Assembly: GCA_951406725.2 (NCBI GenBank)
Contig: OX597814.1
Coordinates: 151,652,001 to 151,716,000 of the forward strand
From: Octopus vulgaris
Lineage: Eukaryota
DNA: 64,000 nucleotides
Direction of reading: 5' to 3'
Notes under the pieces: model-generated
Told to the model about the DNA's origin: nothing
Databases searched by the model: none
Seen by the model: only the letters and a program-made list of their open reading frames with translations
Made by a program: the position numbers and the translations under genes
In this document: in pieces, positions 1 through 11,745 of the stretch
Layout of the letters: each line of letters starts with the position of its first letter
Numbering within the stretch: the first letter of the stretch is position 1

Positions 1-1097
1 GGGCAGACAAAGAAGCCTAGGTTATAAAAACATTAAGTCAAATCCAAAGGTCTTCTTTCATTATGCGAAAGAAACAGTCTCAGTGCACTACAAAATAGGA
101 CCCCCTCCTCCAAAAGGATGGCTCCCTCACAGACAGTCCAACTAAGATCAGTGAGATGCTGAATGACCAGTTCAAAAGTGTCTTTACCACCCCGTTGGAA
201 CACAGACAAGTGAACGAACCAGTGGATTTCTTTGCCGCCTCACCTATAATGAGCGAGGCAGTTACAATGGAATGCATTGACATTAGCGAAGAAGATATAC
301 TACTAGCCATAGATAAGGTGGACGCAAACTCAACTGCTGGTCCTGATGGTTTCCCAGCAATCCTCCTCAAATCGTGTAAACGGGCCCTGGCAAAACCCCT
401 CCAGATTCTCTTCCAGAGCTTTCTTGCAAATGGCAGACTGCCAAGCAAGCTGAAGGATGGAATAATATGCTCAACCCATTAAGGAGGAAGCAGAGCAGAT
501 GCCAAAATCTATAGGCCTATCTCTCTGACTTCACACATCAGCAAAGTCATGGAACGAATAGTCAGAGGGAAACTCATCGTATTCCTTGAAGAAAATAACT
601 TGTTGAGTGATACCCAGCATGACTTTCGACCAGGTAGGAGCTGCCTGACCCAGCTCTTACAATACAATGACTGGGTGTTGAGGCAGTTACTCAGCAGCTC
701 TAATGTGGACGTAATATACCTTGATTTTGTAAAAGCATTTGACAATGTGGATCATGGTATGATATGCCACAAACTGCGTGATCTCGCCATGGCTGGAAAA
801 CTTGGAGAGTGGTTACATGACTTTCTGAAAGACAGAAGTCAGACAGTAGTGGCCAATGGAGCCACCTCAATGAAAACACAAATAGTGAGCAGTGTTCCAC
901 AGGGCACTATCTTGGGATCACTGCTTTTCATAGAGGCCCTATCAGATATGCTCTCAACTGCCTGGATAGCCAACCTTGCTAGCTACGCAGGCGATACGAA
1001 AGTCTCGCAGAAAATTACCAGTTATTCAATAACTCCAGCGATATTGCACATCTGCAGCAGGAGTTGGGCTCAATTTACAGATGGGCTAAGGATAATC
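1..1097 (+). mobile_element. CR1-group LINE ORF2 fragment (RT), degenerate, 3' truncated
   Basis: ORFs 156-482 and 549-1121 carry RT motifs (GPDGFP, QHDFRPGRSC, YLDFVKAFD, VPQGTILG). Colinear with the copy at 7617-8670. Confidence 0.9.
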
Positions 1098-1389
1098 ACC
1101 TTTTTCCGGACCGACAGGTAAGACTACCGTAATTCTCTCTTCGCTTCCGTCTTTTTCTTCCTTTACATCACAAAAAACACGTTAAAAACTATCTTGTACC
1201 GAATATTTAAATTTGTGAACTTAGTATTTATATTTCTTTCAGTAATTTATCGTAGTTGTTTACAAATAGCGAACATTAATATAGAGAGTGAGAGACTTCG
1301 CCATTTTTACGTCAATCCCGGAAGTTGATATTGAGAAACCCTTTTGAAGAAGTGAATCATAAATATAAAGCAATATTCTTTATTTTTAA

Positions 1390-1533
1390 TTTTAAAGAAC
1401 CAAATGAAGAGCCTAACATGTGTCCGAGGTCAAATTATCCATGCATCACAAGTATGGAAGTAATTGGCGAAGCCGTTTTCGCGTGAAAAGCGTATAAACG
1501 CGCGCACACGCACTCTCTATTTTATATATTAGA
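1390..1533 (-). mobile_element. Helitron-like non-autonomous element, 5' end fragment
   Basis: Minus strand begins TCTAATATATAAAAT followed by GTGCGT repeats, resembling the 5' ends at 14191 and 60976. Confidence 0.4.
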
Positions 1534-2049
1534 TTACAAATTTTCGTGAGATCGACTTTGCTGTTGGTCCCATTAGGATCGATGAAAGAAATAACCCCAA
1601 GTCATCAGTTCAGCTGACTGTCGGTCACATACAATTTATGGAGAAATGATAATGGTAGTATATGGTGCAGAAATATTCAAGGAAATCTCATTATAGATCT
1701 CTTCTTTAATTTCTAAAAATATACCGTTTAGTGACACAAAACATAGCTTTACTTAAATATGTAACACAATTCAATTAGCAAGGGAAGATCAGGTGATAAC
1801 ATTTTGAGGATCTTTGTTTTCCTCTTTGTTTTCTGTACCCGATTTTGTTTAAATTTTCTTCACTGATATAAAAACACTGACTCACCACAAGTGTAGGATG
1901 TGCTCTGAGAAGGGAGAAAGTATAAGCCATAATTGTTAGTGAGTGCTGTAAGCTTGCACAACGCGAATATAAAAGGAGACACGACAATGTGGCCAAATAT
2001 GTCCATTGGCTGTTGTGCGGAAAAGCAAACATCGAGAGAACCGAACAAT

Positions 2050-2525
2050 GCAATGAACACGGAAAACGAACATTACAAAATACTCTGGGATTTTAACATG
2101 CAGTGTGACCAAGTCATAGAGGCGAGATGACCAGATATCGCGCTCATCCATAAAGATGAAAATGAAGTAAAGATAATAGATGCTGCAATACAAGGTGATT
2201 TGAGGGAGAAATTTTAAAAACCAGAAAAGACTGAGAAATACCAGCTACCGCGGGACGAAATGGGAAAGTTATGGGGCATTAGGAAAGTAATGGTGATATC
2301 GGTGGTAACTGGAGCATTAGAAGTTTTCAAGGGTTTTGAAAAACATATTAAGAATATTGGAGCTGCTGCCAGGCTCGACGTGGTTTAGAAGACAGCATTG
2401 TTGGGTATAGCTTGCATTCTAAGGACAGTATTGTCTCTTTGAGCGACAGGAGAAGCCTTTGGTGATTTATTGTTGCCTACTTTCAAGTAAAGAATAACTG
2501 GTAATTAAGAACTATCCGAGAGGCT

Positions 2526-2527
<2 letters not shown>
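2050..2527 (+). mobile_element. R4/Dong-type non-LTR retrotransposon 3' end (restriction-like endonuclease), degenerate
   Basis: Translates ENEHYKILWDFNMQCDQVIEAR*PDIALIHK...KIIDAAI...EKYQ...VVTGAL...KTALLG..ILRTVL (RPD..D endonuclease) and ends in an (AAT)n tract. Confidence 0.85.
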
Positions 2528-2588
<61 letters not shown>

Positions 2589-2612
2589 GAAGTAGTAGTA
2601 GTAATAATAATA

Positions 2613-3058
2613 ATCCTTTATACTAGAAGCACAAGGCCCCAAGTGTGATGGGAGGGAACTAGTCGATTACATCGACCCAAAAACTCAACTGGTACTTAAT
2701 TCATCGGCCTTGAAAGGATGAAAGGCAAAGTCGACCTCGGTGGAATTTGAACTCAGAACATAGCAACAGACGAAATACCGCTAAGAATTTCGCCCAACGT
2801 GCTAACGATTCTGCCAGCTCACCGCCTTAACAATAATAATCATAATCCTTTCTAATATAGGTACAAGGCTTGAAATTGGAGGAAAAGGACTAGTCGATTA
2901 CATCGACCTCAATGTTTCATTGGTATTTAATTTATCGATCCCTAAAAGGATGAAAAGCAAAGTTGACCTCGGCGGAATTTGAACTCAAAGCATAGCCACT
3001 GGCGAAATACTGCTAAGCATTTCGTCCAGCGTGCTAACGATTCTGCCAGCACGCCGCC

Positions 3059-3116
<58 letters not shown>

Positions 3117-3274
3117 TAATAATAATAATAATAATGGTTTCAAATGTTGGCACAAGGCCAGCAATTTCAGGGAGGGAGCGATAAGTCGATTACATCGACC
3201 CCCAGTACTCAACTGATACTTATTTTATCGAACCCCAGAAGTCGACCTCGGCGGAATTTGAACTGAGAACGTAG
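2613..3274 (-). mobile_element. Three tandem tRNA-derived SINEs (Meta-domain-like core) separated by (AAT)n
   Basis: Copies at ~2613-2828, 2846-3059 and 3136-3274. Minus strand has B-box GAGTTCAAATTCC, then GTCGACTTTGCCTTTCATCC...GATAAA..AAGTACC. Confidence 0.8.
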
Positions 3275-4000
3275 AAAATACAATAGATCCTTCAACACAA
3301 TATTTTGCCCCCAAAATTTGCAAAACATGCAAATGCGAAATGAAATGAAACTTAGTCCTTTCAAATTTGGCAATCCCTGTCTAGATGAACATTGAAGTTG
3401 ACGAGAGATTTTATATTCGTATGCAGGTCACAAAAACAAAGTTTGACGGTAAAGTTGACAGTAAAGTTGACTCCAGTGGCAGTTCATATACTTGATACCA
3501 CCAACCCCTTGAGGACCTTCTACGTAGAGTAGAGAGCAAAAATAGCGAGAAGGCATAACTTTACAATCACAAAAACAACGGTTGTCAAAAAACAGCAGTA
3601 CAAAATTGACAGCACCAGCATCAGCAACAGTAGCAGGAACAATGACAGCTGTAGGAATCCTCAAGATAACGTTAATAATAACAGATGCAGAGACCAACAG
3701 GAGAGTTCCACCGTCATCACCAACACTATGATCAGAAGAAACCTTTGCTCATATTACGTTCATCAACACAAACATATGTTATACACACACAGATACAAAC
3801 ACACGCTAAAATACACATACATCTACATCAACATACATGCTGAGATGCATTATACTGAAATAAATATATGTAATTATATCTAGTCGTATGAGTGTACGTA
3901 GATTAATATGTATGTACGTATGTGTAGAGGTATGATTATTTTAGCGTGTGTGTATGTGTGTGTATGAGTGGGTATATGCATGTACTAATGGGTATGTGTG

Positions 4001-4039
<39 letters not shown>

Positions 4040-4489
4040 CTGCAAAGCGAATATAAGTGAGAGTACAACAAGTCACTGTATTTGAGAAGAATATTTTCGC
4101 TTTTGATATAGTATTTGCAACTAGAACATACTCGCGAATACACGTGTTAAAACGCACGTGTGTTACTTCCCGAAATCGAAGTGAATTTTATTCTTCGTCT
4201 GTGAATCAACAAGACACAGTATTTTTGAGAAGGATATTTTCGTTTTTGATGTATATCTGCGTGTTCTGAAAAAAGCCTCTGAAAAATTTGCTGCTTAATA
4301 CCAAATCGCTTAGGAAAATACAGAAAGTATCGTCAAACTGTTGCATGTGCTAAATCGAAACTCAAATCCCTTTTGTTTACAAAATACGATTAAGGAATAT
4401 AAAAGGTCTGTCTTATCTATCTATCTTCCTTTCTTATAAAAAGGAATCACGTAAGTACTCTCTCAGCCGGTAAGGTAAGGAAGATATTA

Positions 4490-4805
4490 TTTATTTATTT
4501 TGTTATCATTAGTGTTCTTTCAAACAGAAAATAAAAAAAAAAAAAAAAGAGATATAAAAATATAAAAATACGCGCTATTCTATCTTTATAATCTTTATAA
4601 TTTCGTCCTCCGTGCCTGCTACGCACTTTCTCTTTCTCTTTCTTACATTTCTATTTCTATCTCTCTCATACATTTTTATTATTTGTTATCATTAGTGTTC
4701 TTTCAAACAGAAAATAATAATTAAAAAGATATAAAAATACGTGCTATTCTATCTTTACAATCTCTCCTTCTCTTTCTTACATTTCTATTTCTATCTCTCT
4801 CATAC
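4490..4805. repeat. Diverged tandem duplication (~180 bp unit)
   Basis: TTGTTATCATTAGTGTTCTTTCAAACAGAAAATAA and TTCTTACATTTCTATT each occur twice. Confidence 0.75.
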
Positions 4806-5640
4806 AGTTTATACCTTATCTGTCTCCCCATCCACCAGACCCTCTATTTCCGCTCTCACTCTCCCCTCCTCCCTCTCTCTCCCTCTGCCATCGTTTCTCT
4901 TTCTGCATCTCTCTCAGATCAACTTTCTCTCACCTCACCCCCTCTCTCAGTTCCTCAACTTCACTCATTCTCTCTTGTATCTATATACCGCCCTCTTTCT
5001 CTCTCTCTCTGTTACTCCCCCTCCCTCTCTCTGCCTCTTTCCTCTCCGCTCCTTCACAGGTCAAACCCCTTTTCCTCTTCCCCTTCTGTCCCCTTATTTC
5101 TTTCTGTACACCACCCTCCCTGTCCCTTTACTACACTCTGTTGCGCCCCTCTCTCCCTCTTCCCCCTTTTTTCTTCCTACCTTTCCTCTCCCTGTTCCCT
5201 CTAAGGCTCACCACCCCCTGTCACTTTTTTCCTCTCTCTGTCTCCTTCCTCCACACCACCCTCTCTGTCCCTTTACTTCACTCCCTGGTACCTCTATCCT
5301 GCCCTCTCTCTCTCTCCCTCTCCATTTCATCTCTCTCTCTCTCTTCCTCTCCATTTTATCTCTCCGCCTTTCTTCTCCCTGCTCCCCCTAGGGTCCACCC
5401 TCTTGTCTCACTTTTCCACCCTGTCCCTTTCTACTACACCTCTATCCCGCTCACTCTCCCCCTGCTGACCTGCCATTCTTTCACCTTTCTCTTTTTTTCC
5501 CTCTTATCTTCTCTCTTTCTCTCTTCTCTCAGGACAATCCCCTCGTCTCTCTCTACCCTCCCTGGCTTTTCTCCTTTCTCTTCTCCCTCTCCATCTTATC
5601 TCTCCTTCTCTATCTCTCTCTCTGTTCCTATATTTCACTA
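4760..5640 (+). repeat. Long CT-rich (polypyrimidine) low-complexity tract, possibly the LINE 5' UTR
   Basis: About 880 bp dominated by C/T, ending just before the ORF1 ATG at 5648. Confidence 0.7.
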
Positions 5641-5647
5641 GAAGAAA

Positions 5648-6556
5648 ATGGCAAGAAACTGGTCTGCGAGAGAGGTGCAATTGTTCGTCCGCGCTTGGAG
5701 GATCGCTGAGGACGACTCGCCGAACGACATTATTGCTGCGGCGCTGAAAAGCAACAATTTTTCGAGAACCACCGCCCAGATAGAGCGAAAGAAGAGAGAA
5801 GTTATCCGTTCGTACGCTCTAATCAGGCAACATGTGGACACCCTGGACATCATCCTGGGAGGTGACGGCAGCAGGGAGGGCCAAAAGGATGAGGAAAGCA
5901 TCCAGAGCCAAATGGAGAAGCCTGGAACACAGGGAAACGATGACACATGTCCAGCTTCCAACACCACAACTGAAGACCAAAGAGGTGCGATGGCCGCAAG
6001 AAAGGAAAGGCACCCTGGAATTGATGGGAAGCAGGAGGTAAAGGGTGACAGAATCAAGGCTAAAGGAAGCCCTGTCCAGAGAAAGCAGAGGGACTCCAGC
6101 AAAAACTGTAAGGGCAGGGAAAGAAACACCTGCAAATTCTACCTGAGGGGGGACTGCTGGTACAGCGTTGAAGGTGCAAACTGTCGTTTTGCACATCGGA
6201 GGCCCTACCAAAACCGCACGGACGCGAGACAGAGGTCCGTCCCTCAGGGAGAACAAAAACAAAAACAAAAAGAAAAAGTTAAAAGAAGGGAAAAAAGCGC
6301 ACTGACCACTACTGAAAGACGGTATGCAGATGTGGTGCGCGGAAGCCCAACAGGTGGCCAGCTTCACCCAGATGTGAGAAGGGCGGCAGCTGAACAGCAG
6401 TCTTTTTTGTGCATGGCACAAAAAATTGTTCAGCAGCTGACCTGGCTACAAGCACAAAGCTGGAACTACCACCACATAAGGCCACCTCCAACAGATGCAG
6501 GATGGCCACCACAGACACCAACACCAACACACACACCACAAAAATATTTCTACTGA
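5648..6556 (+). CDS. LINE ORF1 protein (302 aa): N-terminal Myb/SANT(trihelix)-like segment and CCCH zinc finger
   Basis: Open 302-aa ORF containing WSAREVQLFVRAW...IAAALKSNNFSRTTAQIERK and CKFYLRGDCWYSVEGANCRFAH. Confidence 0.75.
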   Translation: MARNWSAREVQLFVRAWRIAEDDSPNDIIAAALKSNNFSRTTAQIERKKREVIRSYALIRQHVDTLDIILGGDGSREGQKDEESIQSQMEKPGTQGNDDTCPASNTTTEDQRGAMAARKERHPGIDGKQEVKGDRIKAKGSPVQRKQRDSSKNCKGRERNTCKFYLRGDCWYSVEGANCRFAHRRPYQNRTDARQRSVPQGEQKQKQKEKVKRREKSALTTTERRYADVVRGSPTGGQLHPDVRRAAAEQQSFLCMAQKIVQQLTWLQAQSWNYHHIRPPPTDAGWPPQTPTPTHTPQKYFY

Positions 6557-9469
6557 ATGTAGGAGGGCTACTGCGCGGAAACTGTAAAAAGAAAATTTCA
6601 TTCCTGAGAGACCTTGTGACATGCAATCAAGCTATATGCATGGCACTCACAGAAACGCATCTTGAACCCGATATAGGTAATGCAGAAATACACATGCCGC
6701 AATATGCAGTCATACGCACAGATAGAAAAGGGAGGAGCCATGGTGGAGTTGCAATGTACATCCGAGATGACCTCACGCCCCAGGTCCTGCTGTCATATTC
6801 AAACTCAGTATGTGAAACTCAAATTGTACACATAAGACAACTGAATATCGTCATATGCACTACATATCGCCCACCAGATGCCCCAAAACACTCAGGCATG
6901 TTTGAAGACTGCCTAACAAAAATAGGAGAAGTCCTCACCAACCTTGAACAGCACAACAGTGTATTCTTCATGGGTGACTTTAACCTCCCCAATGTGGAAT
7001 GGCCTGGGGGGCAGATGCTCCCAGGGATGACACACCATCAGCAGGCACAGGTGGAGTCCCTGCTCCATCTCACAAATGCCTCTTTCATGGAGCAAATAGT
7101 TCTGCAACCAACAAGGGCAGATAATATACTGGATCTCTGCTTCACAAACAATATGGATATTATCCATAATGTTAATGTGATGCCGACAATGATCTCGGAT
7201 CACAACATAATAGAGCTGTCTATGTATGGAACAAAAGCCCCCGCAGACACACAGCCTATACGAAGCACCCACCATCTCTCCAACTTAAACTTTCATAAAG
7301 CCAACTGGAAGTCGATTGAGAAAGAGATCCTCAAACAGGATTGGCCTGAATGTCTCTCCACACCGGACATAAACATGAAACACAAACACTTCATGTCCAT
7401 AATACAAGCCATATGTGACAAATATGTCCCAATGTGCAGGGCCAGCACACACAAGAACAAAAACAGGATCCCTAGAGAAAGGAGGATTCTTATGAGACGA
7501 CGGACAAGGATTGCAAACCGCCTGAGCAAGCACACCAAAAGTGGTGAGAAGTCTCGGCTCGAAAGAATGCTAATGGAAACTGAGAAAAGTCTACATCAGT
7601 CCCATGAAAAGGAGAGAGCAGATAAAGAAGCTTGGGTAATAGAAAATATAAAATCAAACCCTAAAGCTTTCTTTAAGTTTGCCAAAGAGACAGCCACAGT
7701 GCACCAGAGAATAGGACCTCTCTTCCAAAAAGATGGCTCTCTCACAGGAAATCCCACGAGGATAAGTGAAATACTGAACGAACAGTTCCAAAGTGTGTTC
7801 ACCCAGAAGAATTCTTTGCCACTTTACCAGCGGCCAAAGAGACAAAAATTGAGTACATCAACATCGAAGAAGATGATATCACACTAGCCATTGATGAGAT
7901 TGACACAAACTCAGCTGCTGAACCTGATGGATTCCCAGCGATCCTTCTCAAATCGTGCAAACGAGCCCTTGCAAAACCGCTACAGCTTCTTTTTCAGAGC
8001 TTTCTTGCAAGTGGTAAGCTCCCAGTCAAACTGAAAGAGGGGGTAATATGCCCTATCCATAAGGGAGGTAGCAGAGCAGATGCTAAAAATTATAGGCCTA
8101 TCTCTCTGACCTCACACATCAGCAAAGTCATGGAACGAATAGTCCGTAAGAAACTAATCATGTTCCTTGAAGAAAATGACTTACTGTCTGACACCCAGCA
8201 TGGATTTCGACCAGTTAGAGGCTGCCTAACACAGCTCCTGCAACACTATGACTGGGTGTTGAAACAGCTACTAAATGGCTCAAATGTGGATGTAATATAT
8301 CTTGACTTTGCAAAAGCCTTTGATAAAGTCGACCATGGTATGATCTGTCACAAACTGCGTGGTCTCGGCATAGGCGGGAAACTTGGAGAGTGGCTGCACA
8401 ACTTCCTAAAAGACAGAAAACAGGCAGTTGTGAGCAATGGAGCCACCTCCAAGGAAACGCAAATAACAAGCGGTGTCCCACAGGGCACTGTCTTGGGGCC
8501 ACTGATGTTCATAGTGGCCCTTTCAGACATGCCTTCAGTTGCTACGATGACCACCCTTGCTAGCTATGCAGATGACACAAAAGTCTCCCACGCAATACAA
8601 AACCCTGAAAATATTGCGCATCTGCAACATGAGCTGGACACAATATACAGGTGGGCTGAGGACAACAACATGCAGTTTAATGCAGGTAAGTTCCAGGCCC
8701 TGCGCTACTGGCACACAAAGGTAAATGACGTGAAGACTGGATACACTGGCCCAGGAAGAATTGCAATCCCTGAGTCAAAATCAGTGCGTGACCTGGGCAT
8801 TGACATGAGCAATGATGCATCTTTCCAAATGCATATTGCTAATCTGGTGATAAAATGCAGACGGCTAGCTGGATGGATTCTCCGAACTTTCAGAACAAGA
8901 GAGAAGGAGACACTGATGGTCCTATGGAAAACATTCGTCCTCAGCCGCTTGGACTACTGCTCCAAACTTTGGTCACCACACAATATAAAACAAACAGCAG
9001 AACTCGAAGCAACTCAGAGAAGCTACACAAAGAAAATCGTCTCAATGCAAAATGTCAGCTACTGGGAAAGACTGAAGGTATTAAACCTCTTCTCCCTGGA
9101 GCGGAGGCGGGAGAGATATGCAGTGATATACATCTGGAAAATCCTGGAGGGTCTTGTCCCAAACTTTGGCATTCAAAGTTACTCCAACCGCAGAACGGGG
9201 CGCCAAGGATTCCAACATCACCATCAAAATACAGGTCCAGATACTGCAACAGCTTGGGTTTCAGAGGACCACAGCTCTTTAACATCCTCCCTAAATGCCT
9301 GAGAGACTTACATGGTGTGGATGTGGGTTTCTTTAAAACTAAACTGGATCTCTTCTTGTTGGGAGTCCCAGATGAACCTACCTCACGACAGGAGACACGG
9401 ATGCGGGCAGCAGCATCGAACTCCCTTGTTGATCAAGTGCCACGTATCAGAGGTGGATTCACAAACTAG
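6409..9469 (+). pseudogene. LINE ORF2 (APE endonuclease + reverse transcriptase), frameshifted near 7805 and 9197
   Basis: LTETHL, GGVAMY, YRPP, MGDFNLP, LDLCFTN and SDHNII (APE); YLDFAKAFDKVDH, GVPQGTVLGP and YADDTK (RT). Short deletion at ~7805 relative to the copy at 180-240. Confidence 0.9.
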
Positions 9470-9547
9470 TGTAGCTCATTCAGCGGTGGTGCCCCAGCAT
9501 GGCCGCGGCCTTCGGGCTAAAACATTTTTAAGGATTTAAGGATTTAA

Positions 9548-9603
<56 letters not shown>

Positions 9604-9684
9604 TTTATTGAAAAGCATATTACTCTACCTCTGGTATTTGAGTACTCTTTTTTTCACATTGTTTCACATTTATGTGCTTACTCC

Positions 9685-9737
<53 letters not shown>

Positions 9738-9828
9738 AGAGTTTAAGAAAAAAAACAAAAGACGAAGACAGGTGGTGTACAAAACAAACAGATGTATTAG
9801 TTAGTATAACGCTCAGGAATAGAAAAAG

Positions 9829-9866
9829 TCTTTTACGTTTCGAGCCAACGCTCTTCAACAGAAAGG
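9829..9866 (-). ncRNA. Minimal hammerhead ribozyme motif (CUGUUGA core variant)
   Basis: Minus strand: CTTT-CTGTTGA-A-GAGC(GTTG)GCTC-GAAAC-GTA-AAAG. Confidence 0.6.
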
Positions 9867-10063
9867 GACACAGGAAAAAAAAAACAAGGAGAGAAACAAG
9901 GAGAGAAAAAATGTGTCTAGTGGCTAACGATCTATCATGGCGACATGTATGTATGTATGTATGTATGTATGTATGTATGTATGTATGTATATGTAGGTTT
10001 ATATTTGCATGTATGTATCTAAGACATTGTATCTGTTCACCGTTAGACGGTGGTGAAAGGAAC

Positions 10064-10117
<54 letters not shown>

Positions 10118-10218
10118 TTAATAAGGGTGAGAGAATTAGATACTAATTTAATAGTATATTTATTCAACCTTTTGGATTAACTGGTGCTAGAGTGAGCAAT
10201 ATAGTGACCACTCTCTTA

Positions 10219-10285
<67 letters not shown>

Positions 10286-10636
10286 AGATAGGGGTTGAAA
10301 ATTCAACCCACCATGGGATAATATATATCCAATATACTGCCAGATAGGTACCCAACAAGATTAATACATAGATGTTAAAAATTGTCAAACAATCAGTTCA
10401 TCTATTGTATTATATGGGTAAAGGTAATAATATTACCGTAAATTAATACTACAAAATTAGAGAATGGAGAAACATACTTAAATCAATAAAACATCAACCA
10501 TCCGATGATACCCAATCAATACTTTAATACACCATTACATATGAGTAAAGGCATTATACAAAATGAGATATACAGTAATAGTAAAAAGATAAAGAGATAT
10601 AAGTAAAAATTTCAAATATAATATGCAATTAAATCA

Positions 10637-10750
10637 AAACTGACAGCTGTTTCGGCAGTGAGGACAGTCATACCTCATTTAACCTATAAGCCATAAAGGC
10701 AGGTATAAATGAGGCATTAACAAGGATGCCCCACGGCCTCTTCAGAGAAT
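10637..10750 (-). ncRNA. Hammerhead ribozyme motif with long stem II (left arm copy)
   Basis: Reverse complement of the 11631-11745 motif. Confidence 0.7.
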
Positions 10751-11088
10751 TAAATTAAATTTGTTATAATTGTGAAAAATATTATATAATCATATACATA
10801 TAAATATAAAAATATAAAAATGTAAAATATAAAAACTTATACATCATAATGCTACACTTATATAATATAATACTCATTGGTACAATAAAGGAAGGTAAAC
10901 AGAACAAAATAAAACAAAATATATATCAGTGTATATATTAATATTAATAAGTCCCGATATTATACATATTTGGCTAATAGTTTTTTTTAAAAAAACTAAC
11001 ACATAGGGAGATGAAAAATAATAATTAAAACCATGGTTCAGTTCATAAAATTCTAAAGCTATAAAAGTTAATAAAAATTACTATTAAT

Positions 11089-11143
<55 letters not shown>

Positions 11144-11243
11144 GATACAGTTAAGTTTGCACCAAGTCCATCCTTTCAAGATCGAAATAACTATAGTTAT
11201 TTCGATCTTGAAAGGATGGACTTGGTGCAAACTTAACTGTATC

Positions 11244-11292
<49 letters not shown>

Positions 11293-11630
11293 ATTAATAG
11301 TAATTTTTATTAACTTTTATAGCTTTAGAATTTTATGAACTGAACCATGGTTTTAATTATTATTTTTCATCTCCCTATGTGTTAGTTTTTTTAAAAAAAA
11401 CTATTAGCCAAATATGTATAATATCGGGACTTATTAATATTAATATATACACTGATATATATTTTGTTTTATTTTGTTCTGTTTACCTTCCTTTATTGTA
11501 CCAATGAGTATTATATTATATAAGTGTAGCATTATGATGTATAAGTTTTTATATTTTACATTTTTATATTTTTATATTTATATGTATATGATTATATAAT
11601 ATTTTTCACAATTATAACAAATTTAATTTA

Positions 11631-11745
11631 ATTCTCTGAAGAGGCCGTGGGGCATCCTTGTTAATGCCTCATTTATACCTGCCTTTATGGCTTATAGGTT
11701 AAATTAGGTATGACTGCCCTCACTGCCGAAACAGCTGTCAGTTTT
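11631..11745 (+). ncRNA. Hammerhead ribozyme motif with long stem II (right arm copy)
   Basis: CTGAAGA (11636) - GGCCGTGGGGCA...TGCCCTCACTGCC - GAAA (11728) - CAGCTG - TC. Stem III ACAGCTGT is palindromic; stem I is weak. Confidence 0.7.

Larger units (their letters stand above)
5648..9550 (+). mobile_element. Near full-length CR1-group LINE (ORF1 + APE-RT ORF2 with two frameshifts, (AAGGATTT)n tail)
   Basis: ORF1, APE motifs, RT motifs and a tandem-repeat tail running into (TA)n. Confidence 0.93.

Noticed and set aside
2528-3274. Repeat-spacer-like pattern suggesting an array
   Set aside because: Eukaryotic SINEs and AAT microsatellites, not CRISPR.
4741-5641. Long Leu/Ser/Pro/Phe ORFs
   Set aside because: Stop-free by-product of CT low complexity.
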